Shown here: positions 24,738 to 35,011 of the stretch, one piece after another
Layout of the letters: each line of letters starts with the position of its first letter
How positions within the stretch are numbered: position 1 is the first letter of the stretch
Assembly: GCA_963741205.1 (NCBI GenBank)
Contig: CAVUHW010000030.1
Span: forward strand, 32,001 to 96,000
Length of the DNA: 64,000 bases
Reading direction: 5' to 3'
Origin: Nitrospirota bacterium
GTDB lineage: Bacteria > Nitrospirota > UBA9217
Notes under the pieces: model-generated
Databases searched by the model: none
What the model saw: the letters and a program-made list of their open reading frames with translations, nothing else
Told to the model about the DNA's origin: nothing
Made by a program: the position numbers and the translations under genes

Positions 24738-26162
24738 TTATACATCCATACCGATAAACCTGAGTCCCCTTCTTATATGGCGCGTGTACCGCCAGAGCGG
24801 CGCTCTGAGGCCGAGCCAATGCCCCAGCCGCGTGATCTGCGGAAGATAAGGGAACGAGAAGGAATCGGAATTCACAAAGTTCATGTGACTTCCCATGGAC
24901 CTTCCCACTTCCCGCATGATCCAGTCCGCATCCACCTCGGGAGAGACGTAGAACACCGGTTTGAGCATGTCGGCCGGAGGTAGGGAAAGCAGGCCCTGGC
25001 CGCGCGCGATGGATTCGAGCTCCGTACCCGGATAGATCCGAATTCCGACGTTGAAGAGCGCTGTATCCTGCGGCCTGATGGCGGTCTCCGCGAAGCTCAG
25101 GGTTTCCCTCACCGTCTCCTGGGTCTCTCCCGGCCCCCCAAGCAGGAAGATCCACATGCACGGCAGCCGATGGCCTCTGACCACTGCCGCTGCCGCGTGG
25201 ACCTCGCGCGCGGTGAACCCTTTTTTAAGACTGCGGAGAACAGGGTCGGAAGCGCTCTCCACCGTGAGTCCGAACCCGACGAACCCGGCCCGTTCCATGG
25301 TTGACAGTAGCTCATGATCGAAGGAGGCCGGGTTCAGCTCAAGGCTCTGGAAACGGGCCTGCGGCTGCGCTCGTATAAGGGCCTCGCACACGGCAATCGC
25401 GTGGTCGTAGGGGGCGTTGAAGACATTGTCGACGAACTCGATATCGGTAAGCCCCGAGGACGCAAAGCTGAGGGCGGCCTCAGCCGCGCTCCCGGGGTCC
25501 AGCAGGCGGTAGATGCCGCCTTCGATCTTTCGGTACGTGCAGTAGACGCACTGGAATCGGCACCCGAGTTTCGTCTGAAGAGGGACCGTGGACAAATAAG
25601 AGCGGTATGCCTTCATGTTCAGCCAGCGCAGATAATCCGGCGCCGTACAAATACCGCACGATCCGCTTGCGGGCGGATTTATTCTGAAGACGCCGTCATC
25701 CAAAGAGGCAACGCCGGGCAGATCGTTGCATGGTTCGCGACTGGCCAGTTTTTCCAGCAGCCGCGGCATTACAACCACGCCGTCCCCGATCACCGCCCGG
25801 GAGACTCGCGTTGTCCTGAGTATCTCCTCCGGCATGACCGCCAGCGCGGTCCCGCCCATGATGATGGGCGCGTCCGTCTCCGCGCGGACTGCATCGACGA
25901 GGTTTATAAGGTCGTTGATGAAGTATCGCGGCCCTCCCATTTCGACATTGTCGATGTTCCGCACCGACAGTCCTATGACATCGTAAGTCGCCGCATTGAC
26001 CGTCTTTTTAATCGCTCGCAGAGGGTCGGCTTCGAACATCAGGTCAAGCAGCGAAACGGAGTGTCCTGCCCTCTCCGCGGCCTCGGCGATCATACATGCG
26101 CCAGACGGCAGGACGGGCACGGGATATTGGTTTCGATTTGTGCAGATGATCAGAATATTCAT
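24738..26162 (-). CDS. Cobalamin-binding radical SAM enzyme
   Basis: N-terminal B12-binding-like domain (IGLSVRNID, IIMGG); CRFQCVYC motif; FVDNVFN; GGPGET. Confidence 0.9.
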   Translation of the reverse strand: MNILIICTNRNQYPVPVLPSGACMIAEAAERAGHSVSLLDLMFEADPLRAIKKTVNAATYDVIGLSVRNIDNVEMGGPRYFINDLINLVDAVRAETDAPIIMGGTALAVMPEEILRTTRVSRAVIGDGVVVMPRLLEKLASREPCNDLPGVASLDDGVFRINPPASGSCGICTAPDYLRWLNMKAYRSYLSTVPLQTKLGCRFQCVYCTYRKIEGGIYRLLDPGSAAEAALSFASSGLTDIEFVDNVFNAPYDHAIAVCEALIRAQPQARFQSLELNPASFDHELLSTMERAGFVGFGLTVESASDPVLRSLKKGFTAREVHAAAAVVRGHRLPCMWIFLLGGPGETQETVRETLSFAETAIRPQDTALFNVGIRIYPGTELESIARGQGLLSLPPADMLKPVFYVSPEVDADWIMREVGRSMGSHMNFVNSDSFSFPYLPQITRLGHWLGLRAPLWRYTRHIRRGLRFIGMDV

Positions 26163-26381
26163 ACGCGGGATGCCTCCGGCAAGGAAAGAGCCGGGGCGGG
26201 CGAAACGCAACACCTTGTTTAATGATACAGCGCTAATCTGGCATGTCAACCCCGATGTTGCATTAATCAGTCCCCACAAACAGACACCACGATACGTTCC
26301 ATCTGCTTAACCCTCATTTCAGGACCTTCAACCACGGGGACTGCAAGCGCATGAGAAACTTGCCGAAAACCCGAAATTTGC

Positions 26382-26409
26382 TTGACTTTTTCGTAATTTA
26401 CGATATGCT
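26382..26409 (+). promoter_or_regulatory. Candidate cox operon promoter with palindrome in the spacer
   Basis: TTGACT-N16-TATGCT; the spacer holds tcgtaa-t-ttacga. Confidence 0.45.
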
Positions 26410-26689
26410 TAGGTAAGTGCACCTTGCGACTTTGTGCTTTGTCTGCCTAAGAGAAAAAGGGCCGTCAGGTCCTGATTTTCAACGATGGTCCATAGATGGA
26501 TCACACCGCCAGCGCGAAAGCTCAAAGTTGAAATGCTCACTATAAACTCGCCAACATGATGACAAGATGCAGCTTCTGATTTCTTTGATAAAGCGCGTCC
26601 ATCCCAGTCAATCGAGGTTAAGGGTATTTCAGGGTCAATGTTATCTCGCCCGGAATCTCCTCTTCAGGATGGATGCCCAAGGAGTTGCA

Positions 26690-27475
26690 ATGAACAGGTT
26701 TTTCGTCCCGATGTTGGCCGCAATAGCCCTTTCCGCGACCCCGGCGTTGGGTCACGAGACCACAGCTACGAAAGCGGATATAGCCTTGGAAGAAAAGCTG
26801 GGACAGTCTATTCCGGATGACCTCGTATTTACTGATGAATTCGGCAACCGGACGAAACTCAAGGATTGCCTCGGCAAGCCTGTTATTTTCGCCCCCGTCT
26901 ATCTTGGCTGCACGCACACCTGCCCTCTGCTCCTGTCGGGTCTGGCGCAGACGCTCGGACGACTTGAGTTCATCAAGCCGGGGAGGGACTTCACGGTAAT
27001 CGCGCTCAGCTTCAACGAGAAGGATACCCCGGCCATCGCCCGGGCAAAGAAACTGAACTATATCAAGTCCATGGAGAGGCCTTTTCCGCCGGAGACATGG
27101 AAGTTTTTGACCGGCGACGCTGCGAACATCAAAAAGTTTACCGATTCTATCGGGTACAAATTTCAGCGAGACGGCGAAGACTTTTCTCATCCCATAACGC
27201 TCATCGTCGTCTCCCCGCAGGGGAAGATCGTCCGCTACCTTGAAGGCTTGAACTTCCTGCCCTTTGACGTCACCATGGCGGTGAATGAGGCGGCCGTAGG
27301 AAGGGTCGGTTCAACCACACGCAGGGCGCTCACGTACTGTTTCAGCTACGATCCCCATAAAAAGTCGTACGTGTTCAACGTCCTCAAGATAACCGCGACC
27401 GTCATGGTCCTGTTCGTTGCCTCGTTCCTCGTGTACCTCGTTTTCACATCGAAAAAGAAACGGGAAACACAATAA
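26690..27475 (+). CDS. SCO1/SenC copper chaperone
   Basis: Signal peptide, CTHTCP (CxxxC), conserved His in FSHP, C-terminal TM. Confidence 0.9.
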   Translation: MNRFFVPMLAAIALSATPALGHETTATKADIALEEKLGQSIPDDLVFTDEFGNRTKLKDCLGKPVIFAPVYLGCTHTCPLLLSGLAQTLGRLEFIKPGRDFTVIALSFNEKDTPAIARAKKLNYIKSMERPFPPETWKFLTGDAANIKKFTDSIGYKFQRDGEDFSHPITLIVVSPQGKIVRYLEGLNFLPFDVTMAVNEAAVGRVGSTTRRALTYCFSYDPHKKSYVFNVLKITATVMVLFVASFLVYLVFTSKKKRETQ

Positions 27476-27567
27476 ACCCTAAGATTACAGTTGGTAGTTT
27501 ATAGTTTGTCGTAAACGAGAAACTCAAACTATAAACTCGAAACCCAGTTGTTCCGCGTTCGGAGAAT

Positions 27568-29160
27568 ATGAACATGGAAGCAAGTTTCTACCATACGCCG
27601 GGCAGATACCCCGGCATCTTCGGATGGATATTCACCACCGACCACAAGAGGATCGGCCTCCTCTACCTTGGTTCGACGCTGTCCTTTTTCGCTGTGGGTG
27701 TGTCGCTCGGACTCATCATGCGCCTGGAGCTCATTCGGTCCGGCATGCACTTCTTCAGCGCCCAGACCTATAACGCGCTCTTCACCCTTCACGGCGTGAT
27801 CATGATCTTTCTGTTTATCATCCCGGGCATTCCCGCGTCGCTCGGCAATTTCATCATGCCGCTTCAGCTCGGCGCAAAGGACGTCGCCTTTCCCAAGATC
27901 AATATTCTGTCCTGGTGGCTCTTCATTATCGGCGGCGCGCTGGCCGTGACGTCCCTGTTCACCGGCGGCGGTCCGCCGGACACGGGTTGGACCTTTTACG
28001 TGCCCTACAGCATCCGCACGGGTACGAACGTTTCCCTGGCGGTCTTCGGCGTCTTTCTGATCGGACTTTCTTCAACGCTCACGGGCATGAACTTCCTGAC
28101 GACGATCCACAGGCTGCGGGCACCGGGCATGACGTGGGGGCGCATGCCTCTTTTTACCTGGGCTATCTATGCCACATCCTGGGTCCAGCTGCTGGCCACG
28201 CCGGTCATCGCCATCACGCTCCTGCTCATCATCATTGAGCGATTTTTCGGTGTCGGCTTCTTCGATCCGGCAAAGGGAGGCGACCCCATTCTGTTCGAAC
28301 ATCTGTTCTGGATATACTCCCATCCTGCCGTGTACATCATGATCCTTCCGGCGATGGGAGTGGTCACCGACATCATCCCGGTATTTGCGCGCAGAAACAT
28401 CTTCGGATACAAGGCGATCGCCGCATCGAGCCTTGCCATCGCCTTTGTCGGGTATCTCGTCTGGGGACACCACATGTTCACGAGCGGCATGAGCGACACG
28501 TCACGGATCATTTTTTCCTTTCTCACCTTTCTCGTGGCCGTCCCGAGCGGCATCAAGGTCTTCAACTGGATCGCGAGCCTGTACAAGGGCTCAATCCGCG
28601 TGGATGCGCCCCTCCTCTACACGCTCGGCTTCATCTTTCTGTTCTCCATCGGAGGATTGACCGGCCTGATAAACGGCGCGCTGGCCACGAACCTGCACAT
28701 TCATGGGACCTATTTTATCGTGGGCCACTTCCACTACGTCATGTTCGGCGGCGCGGCCATGGGGTTCTTCGCCGGCCTCCATTACTGGTTTCCCAAGATG
28801 TTCGGCAGGATGTACGAGGAGCATCTGGCCAAACTGGCATGGGTCATCCTCTTCATCGGCTTCAACATGCTCTACTTCTCCATGCTGGTCGTCGGCTGGA
28901 AAGGAATGCCCCGGCGCTATTACGATTATCTGCCCACATTCAACGGGCCGAACCTGGTCTCGACCATCGGCTCCTGGGTCCTCGCGATGGGCCTGTTCAT
29001 CATGTTCTACAATCTGGTCAGGTCGTTGTTTGTAGGCGAGAAAGCGGGAGACAACCCCTGGGAGGCAGCGACCCTGGAGTGGCAGACGACCTCCCCGCCT
29101 CCGACAGAGAACTTTGAAGAGATCCCGATGGTCACCAAGGGACCGTATACGTTCAGGTAA
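27568..29160 (+). CDS. coxA: Cytochrome c oxidase subunit I (type A2)
   Basis: TTDHKRIG, TLHG, GWTFY, WIYSHPAVY, VWGHHM, HFHYV, GMPRRY. Confidence 0.97.
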   Translation: MNMEASFYHTPGRYPGIFGWIFTTDHKRIGLLYLGSTLSFFAVGVSLGLIMRLELIRSGMHFFSAQTYNALFTLHGVIMIFLFIIPGIPASLGNFIMPLQLGAKDVAFPKINILSWWLFIIGGALAVTSLFTGGGPPDTGWTFYVPYSIRTGTNVSLAVFGVFLIGLSSTLTGMNFLTTIHRLRAPGMTWGRMPLFTWAIYATSWVQLLATPVIAITLLLIIIERFFGVGFFDPAKGGDPILFEHLFWIYSHPAVYIMILPAMGVVTDIIPVFARRNIFGYKAIAASSLAIAFVGYLVWGHHMFTSGMSDTSRIIFSFLTFLVAVPSGIKVFNWIASLYKGSIRVDAPLLYTLGFIFLFSIGGLTGLINGALATNLHIHGTYFIVGHFHYVMFGGAAMGFFAGLHYWFPKMFGRMYEEHLAKLAWVILFIGFNMLYFSMLVVGWKGMPRRYYDYLPTFNGPNLVSTIGSWVLAMGLFIMFYNLVRSLFVGEKAGDNPWEAATLEWQTTSPPPTENFEEIPMVTKGPYTFR

Positions 29161-29234
29161 GGCGCAGAGCGCAAAGAGCATAGCGTAAAAGGATTGAAAC
29201 ACCATACCCGATGCGCCATACCCTCTGCAGACGA

Positions 29235-29858
29235 ATGAATACCCATATGAACGAACTCGCTCACGTCGAACACCGCGACTACACTGGCGCCAAACTCGGG
29301 ATGTGGCTCTTCCTGTTCACGGAGATCCTTCTCTTCGGCGGCATGTTCCTCCTCTATTCGATTTACCGAGACGAGCACTCGGCTGATTTCCATGCGGCGG
29401 GCATGGAAATGAGCGTGACCATCGGCGCCGTCAATACCCTCATTCTTCTGACCAGCAGCCTCACGATGGTCCTTTCAATCTCAGCAATCAAACGGGGCGC
29501 CGGAACCCGATCCATCCTCTTCCAGGCAATCACGATACTTCTGGGCCTTACCTTCCTTGGGAACAAATACATGGAATGGAGCGATCATATCCGGCACGGC
29601 TTCTACCCGGACTCGCCCGAGCTTCTTCTCATGAGCCACGGGAAAATACTCTATTTCGGGTTATACTACGTAATGACGGGCATCCACGGCGTTCATGTTT
29701 TGATCGGCGCCGGAGTCATCTGTTACACGCTCATCCTGACTATGCGCGGCAGGGTAACGAGCACTGATTACGTCAAACTGGAAAACACCGGTCTCTTTTG
29801 GCACCTGGTTGACGTTATCTGGATATATTTATTCCCGTTGTTTTATTTGATCACGTAA
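29235..29858 (+). CDS. coxC: Cytochrome c oxidase subunit III
   Basis: GMWLFLFTE, TGIHGVHV, FWHLVDVIW. Confidence 0.95.
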   Translation: MNTHMNELAHVEHRDYTGAKLGMWLFLFTEILLFGGMFLLYSIYRDEHSADFHAAGMEMSVTIGAVNTLILLTSSLTMVLSISAIKRGAGTRSILFQAITILLGLTFLGNKYMEWSDHIRHGFYPDSPELLLMSHGKILYFGLYYVMTGIHGVHVLIGAGVICYTLILTMRGRVTSTDYVKLENTGLFWHLVDVIWIYLFPLFYLIT

Positions 29859-29866
29859 ATTTGGTT

Positions 29867-29948
29867 GGTAGCCGCAAACTTCAGTTTGCGTAGTTCATCA
29901 GGTATGAGACGACCGTCACCTGTTCGCAGGAAAAAGCCTGCGGCTACC
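29867..29948. repeat. REP-like palindromic pair
   Basis: ggtagccgcaaacttcagtttgcg ... cgcaggaaaaagcctgcggctacc. Confidence 0.65.
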
Positions 29949-29984
29949 ACTAGGCGGTCACCCGTCTGGCATAAGAGGAACTCC

Positions 29985-30278
29985 ATGGAACAAAATAAAC
30001 CGCAGGAACATACCGCCGTGCCCGACCGGGTCTTCGTGTCCGTCTGGGTCGCCCTTCTCATTCTGACCGGAGTGACGATCAAGGCGGCGCAAATGCGCAT
30101 GGGCGAGTGGAGCATGATGGCCAACCTCCTGATCGCCTCCACCAAGGCGAGCCTGGTGCTCTGGTTCTTCATGCACCTCAAGTATGAAAAGAAGCTATTC
30201 AAAATGCTGCTCTTCGTCCCTATCGTAACGATAACGGTCATTATCGGGCTCACTTTTTTCGACATCTGGTACCGGTAG
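29985..30278 (+). CDS. coxD: Cytochrome c oxidase subunit IV
   Basis: KASLVLWFFMHLKYE, 3 TM helices. Confidence 0.9.
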   Translation: MEQNKPQEHTAVPDRVFVSVWVALLILTGVTIKAAQMRMGEWSMMANLLIASTKASLVLWFFMHLKYEKKLFKMLLFVPIVTITVIIGLTFFDIWYR

Positions 30279-30317
30279 CGCGCAGACACGAATTGGAAAT
30301 TCACCAAAGGTGACTCT

Positions 30318-31256
30318 ATGGTAACTGGCTGGCCGAACATGTCAAATCCCGCTGACGACACGTTCTTCTTTATCCTCGGGATCGCTGTCACACTCCTGGT
30401 CGTGAACACCGCGGTCATGATCTATTTCGTGATCCGGTACAACCGGAAGCGGAACCCGAACGCCGAGGACGTGAAGGAAAACCTTACTCTCGAGATCACC
30501 TGGACCGTGGTCCCCACCATCCTTGTTCTTGCCATTTTTTTCGTCGGCTGGAAGGGCTTCCAGTACATGCGCACGGTCCCGCCCGGCGCCATGCCGGTAA
30601 AAGTCATGGCGAGGCAGTGGTCGTGGACGTTCACCTACGAGAACGGCAAGGAAGACAGCGTGCTCAGGGTGCCGGCGCGAAAGCCGGTGAAGCTCTTGAT
30701 CACATCGGCGGACGTGCTCCACAGTCTTTTTATCCCCGCGTACCGGATCAAAGAAGATTGCGTCCCCGGCATGGAAACGTATCTCTGGTTCCTGCCTGAC
30801 GAACTGGGATCTTATGACCTCTTTTGCACGGAATACTGCGGCGTGGGGCACCATGAAATGATAACTAAGGTCGAGGTCATGCCGGAAAAGGATTTCAACG
30901 CCTGGTACGGGGGAGAGGCGAAGGCTTCCGGGGCCGAAGCAACAGCCGAACAGAAGAAGGAAAAGGCTCAACCCGGCACGGCGCTGCTGAATGTCAAAGG
31001 CTGCCTTGCGTGCCACACAGCAGACGGGTCCCCGAAGATCGGGCCGACCTTCAAGGGCATGTTCGGAAAGAAGGAAGTCGTGATCCGAAACGGCAAGGAG
31101 CGGGAGATCGTGGTTGACGAGGCTTTTATCAGACAGACTCTGCTCGAACCCGAACTCGACCGGGTCAAGGGTTTCCCCCCGATCATGCCGTCGCAGAAGG
31201 GACTTTTGACGGACAAGGAGATCGAGGAGATCATCGAATATTTGAAGACCTTGTAA
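30318..31256 (+). CDS. coxB: Cytochrome c oxidase subunit II with fused cytochrome c
   Basis: LEITWTVVP, DVLHS, CuA site CTEYCGVGHHEM, heme c site CLACH. Confidence 0.96.
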   Translation: MVTGWPNMSNPADDTFFFILGIAVTLLVVNTAVMIYFVIRYNRKRNPNAEDVKENLTLEITWTVVPTILVLAIFFVGWKGFQYMRTVPPGAMPVKVMARQWSWTFTYENGKEDSVLRVPARKPVKLLITSADVLHSLFIPAYRIKEDCVPGMETYLWFLPDELGSYDLFCTEYCGVGHHEMITKVEVMPEKDFNAWYGGEAKASGAEATAEQKKEKAQPGTALLNVKGCLACHTADGSPKIGPTFKGMFGKKEVVIRNGKEREIVVDEAFIRQTLLEPELDRVKGFPPIMPSQKGLLTDKEIEEIIEYLKTL

Positions 31257-31264
31257 AACCTTTT

Positions 31265-32134
31265 ATGACATTGTTAACGCCTTACTTCACACTCTGCCGT
31301 ATCTACATCTCCCTCTTCGCCGCCTGCTCCGCGGCCACGGGCTTTTTCCTCGCCCCGGGTCACCGGGCCGCCGGCGTTTTCATTCCCTCCCTGGCGGTCT
31401 TTATCCTGGCTTGCGGCGCGTCTGCATTGAACCAATTCCAGGAGCGGGACATCGACTCAAGAATGGAGCGCACCCGCGACCGTCCGGTCCCCTCAGGCAT
31501 CATCAGGCCCGGAGCGGCATTGTTTCTGGCTTTCGCCTTGATCATCACGGGACTTGCATTACTCTCGTATGACGGCGGATCAGGAGCCTCTGGTCTGGGG
31601 CTTGCCGCTCTTATTTGGTATAACGGCGTCTATACCGGGCTTAAGAAGGTCACGGCATTCGCGTCTTTGCCCGGCGCCGTTGTCGGCATGATCCCCCCCG
31701 CTATCGGCTGGACATCGGCCGGCGGCACGATCCTCGATGCGCGGCTTGGCGCGCTCTGCTTCGTCTTTTTTCTTTGGCAGGTGCCGCACTTCTGGCTTCT
31801 GCTCCTGACCCGTGGAGAAGAATACGAACGGGCTGGCCTCCCCTCTCTCACGAAGGTCTTGAGCAAGGCGCAGATCAGCCGGGTTACCTTTGCCTGGATC
31901 GTCGCGGCCTCTATTGCAAGCCTGGCCCTGCCTCTTTTCGGATCGGTGACGTCGCCGGCGGTCTGCCTTGCATTCGTTCCGCTTGCGGCCTGGCTGATAT
32001 GGAACGAACGGTTCCTGGCCGGAAGACGGCCCCTTTTGCCGCCGTCACCGGCCCCCTTCAGGAATATAAACATCTATCTTTTTTTGGTCATGTCCCTCCT
32101 GTCGATCGACAGGGTCTTGCTCAGTTTGCCATGA
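31265..32134 (+). CDS. cyoE: Protoheme IX farnesyltransferase (heme O synthase)
   Basis: NQFQERDIDSRMERTRDRP, YTGLKK, WQVPHFW. Confidence 0.93.
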   Translation: MTLLTPYFTLCRIYISLFAACSAATGFFLAPGHRAAGVFIPSLAVFILACGASALNQFQERDIDSRMERTRDRPVPSGIIRPGAALFLAFALIITGLALLSYDGGSGASGLGLAALIWYNGVYTGLKKVTAFASLPGAVVGMIPPAIGWTSAGGTILDARLGALCFVFFLWQVPHFWLLLLTRGEEYERAGLPSLTKVLSKAQISRVTFAWIVAASIASLALPLFGSVTSPAVCLAFVPLAAWLIWNERFLAGRRPLLPPSPAPFRNINIYLFLVMSLLSIDRVLLSLP

Positions 32135-32523
32135 TTGATGAGCGCACTGCCAAAGCGCAGAAGCTGAAGCAGCTTCTGGTCGAGTCTTCTCCCCTCATGG
32201 AAGAGTTCACGGCGATTGTCTGCCCGGATTGCGTTGACGTCTGCTGCAGGCAGAAGCACGGGCTGTACCGGGAAAGGGATATTCTTTATCTCGTGGCGCT
32301 GGGAGAGGATGTACCGGAGCGGGATGCGGCAAGGCCGCTCGACGGCCCCTGTGAGTCCATGGGATCGTACGGCTGTGTCCTGCCGCGCTGGATGAGACCG
32401 TTCAAGTGTACATGGTATTTCTGCGAGCCGCTCCTCGCGGCCCTCAATTCAAGCCCACCGAAAAAGCTCAGACAACTTTCCACCCTTCTGCAGGAAATGA
32501 CCGACCTTTACGGCATGTTGTAA
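32131..32523 (+). CDS. Cys-rich hypothetical protein (YkgJ-like metal cluster)
   Basis: ATGA overlap with cyoE; CPDCVDVCC..C..GC..RPFKCTWYFC. Confidence 0.7.
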   Translation: MIDERTAKAQKLKQLLVESSPLMEEFTAIVCPDCVDVCCRQKHGLYRERDILYLVALGEDVPERDAARPLDGPCESMGSYGCVLPRWMRPFKCTWYFCEPLLAALNSSPPKKLRQLSTLLQEMTDLYGML

Positions 32524-32994
32524 ACGTATTTCTTCCGACACTTGCGAGCCCCGACCCAAGGAAGATCCCTAAACACTTCTAGCATCAGGATTGTTCCATT
32601 CATGCACGTTGCCTTTCACTGCAATGTGTCCATCACAGCCTATAAGTGCGCAATTATTACTTTGTTGAGTTCACTTTGGTCAACGCGACCTACCGACTTG
32701 CACCAGTCAGAGCCGGTTGGGCCTGAGTCGAACGTTGGGTTAGGCCAGGATGAGTGGTCAGGATGTAATTCTCTTTTCTAAAAATTTTGAGCTATGGTTG
32801 TCCCGTTGGGAGCCCACACGCGTAACAGACTTGGAGTCGCTGCATGCAGGTCTTTCCTCCTTTTGCCTATTCGCACAATAATCTCCTTCGGGATTTTACT
32901 GTTTAATACAAAAGTAGACATGCGGACAGGTCTTGAAATATAAGAAACGGTCTTTTCAAGACTTGCCCCCACTTGTTCTCTCCTTCGACCGGGC

Positions 32995-33615
32995 CTACTT
33001 GTCCGGTTTCTCAGCCTTCGCTTCCCTGACGAACTTGTCTGCCATCATGGCCGCTGAATGCTTCAACATCGGCCTGATGTCATCACCTTTCGACGATCGG
33101 CTGCTGCCGGAGAGGAGCGAGTAACCGATCACCCGGCCCTTGGGGTATTCCACCACGTTGCCGTTTATGCTCACGTTGTAGGCGTCCGAGGTGTCGGTCG
33201 CCCGGGAGAACACGGTCCAGACCACGAAGAGATAGCGCACCTTGAGCTGCGCCTGCATGGCGTCCACTTTGGCCTTTTCTCCCTTGCCGAACCAGACCGG
33301 CTTGTCCGGATTCTCGGGCTTCCCTTCCTTGATGGTAACGGGATAATTCGCCAAGCGGAGGTCGATCTTTGCCTTGCTCCAGACCTTGAAGGTGCTCCGC
33401 TCCCTGAGCTCTTTGGTTAGCGCCGCCGCCAGCCGCATCGTCGCGTCGGAGCCGTCGGCGCTGATGACCGCGATCGTACCGCTTTTTATCAAGGTCGTTT
33501 CGTCGAAGAACTCGAAGGGCTTGTGGATCCCGCAGCCCGCGAGCGAACCAAACGCGGCCAGAAACAGTACAATGAGCCCAGCCTGGTTCATGTTTCTCAA
33601 TACATGTTTCATCAT
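32995..33615 (-). CDS. Hypothetical lipoprotein
   Basis: Lipobox LAGC; GGAGG upstream of MMKH. Confidence 0.7.
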   Translation of the reverse strand: MMKHVLRNMNQAGLIVLFLAAFGSLAGCGIHKPFEFFDETTLIKSGTIAVISADGSDATMRLAAALTKELRERSTFKVWSKAKIDLRLANYPVTIKEGKPENPDKPVWFGKGEKAKVDAMQAQLKVRYLFVVWTVFSRATDTSDAYNVSINGNVVEYPKGRVIGYSLLSGSSRSSKGDDIRPMLKHSAAMMADKFVREAKAEKPDK

Positions 33616-33770
33616 TTGCCTCCTCCTGCGGGCCAGCGCCAGCGACACTGCCCACTATGGAATGATTCAGCCGATTTTCTTCACATCAAATCCTGATCCT
33701 CGTCATGAGCATAATTGTAACTGCGCGTTAGAGAAGCTGAGTTGAGTTCAACTCGAAACCAAACACCTGT

Positions 33771-34680
33771 CTATCCCTTTGCCCTTCCGGACAAATCTAT
33801 TTCGCCGGCAATGACCATGATGATTCCTCGGATAAACTCGGGGATGAGCGTCATTCCCTGCTTCGAGGACCAACTCAGGGCTTTCATTAGGTATTCGCGA
33901 TAAAATTTCCCGGGGAAATAGAACCGGACAGTGATGATGATCATGATGATCAGGAAAAAGGCGAGAAGGAGCGTTCTCTTGATCTGCGGAAAGACACCGC
34001 GTACCCATCCCTGCGAGCGGCGGCGGTTGTTCGCTGCCTTGAGCCTCTCGAGGAGCGGCTCCTTCTTGATGTCGTCCTGGCCTACTTTCCAGGCATCGAA
34101 TACGCCGAGGATCCAGAGGACCGGCATGGTCGGCAGGGAGAGCAGGGACAGCAAAAGCACCACTTCGACGATGAGGCGGGAATCGGAGTTCTCCAGGGAA
34201 GGCCAGACCTGAAGGATTCCCAGGACTGAAATAAGGGAGAAGACGCCGAACGCTGCACAGATCGCGAACAAAGCGCCTTTGACCGGCTGACCGTTCAGGA
34301 ACTGGCCCCAGCCGGGAACGAGCAGGGAACAGAACAGTGGGTAGACGCGGCTTTTTACACCGGTGAATGGTGTTCGTCTGGCTTTGATTGCGGTGTGGTA
34401 GGCATCGCTTGCATTGGAGACCCAGAAGATCAGGAAGAACGAAAAGCAGGAACGCGGCAGCAAGCACCGCCTGGGCCGGGGAGATGCTGAAAAAGAAGAG
34501 ATAGGACGGGAGTTCCTCCTGGAACATGAACAGAAGGATCGCAAGGGCATTACTGTACAACACGAGGCCTATATAGTTCAGCCCTTTGGTGCGCTGTCCG
34601 TTGTACAACTGTCCGGCACCCCAGAATAAGAGCGAGAGCGTATATGCCAGGGCGGGGTCTACTTCAGCGAGGTCATTCAT
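33771..34680 (-). CDS. Hypothetical membrane protein with a duplicated 'SLL.(P/W)G.GQ..NGQ..KG' motif (frameshift near 34440)
   Basis: SLLFWGAGQLYNGQRTKG and SLLVPGWGQFLNGQPVKG; multiple TM segments. Confidence 0.65.
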
Positions 34681-35011
34681 CAGGAGGAGATACTTCTTCC
34701 GTAATCCGGGGGGAGGATCTGTCTTCCCTAATCCGTTGCTTCGCGCGGGGTTTCAGGTACTCATCAGGATCTTTTACAACCCAGACTTTATCCATGGTTC
34801 ATCCCCTGTCCGACCCCAACTAGACACGGTACAACTGCAACAACATTAGTCAGGTACAAATTAAATTCTTCCCAAAATGGAAATAAATTTTCACCACTAA
34901 GACGCAAGTCACAAAGAATGTCTTTCATTCATGTGATTTAAACAAACATTCAAGACTCAGTCATTTCTTCGTGTCTTCGTTCTGCATGATCCGGACTCAT
35001 AATCGCGTTCA

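Noticed and set aside
32680-32746. attC-like end (GGGTTAGGC) in a low-GC gap
   Set aside because: There is no clean RYYYAAC inverse core, cassette ORF or integrase.
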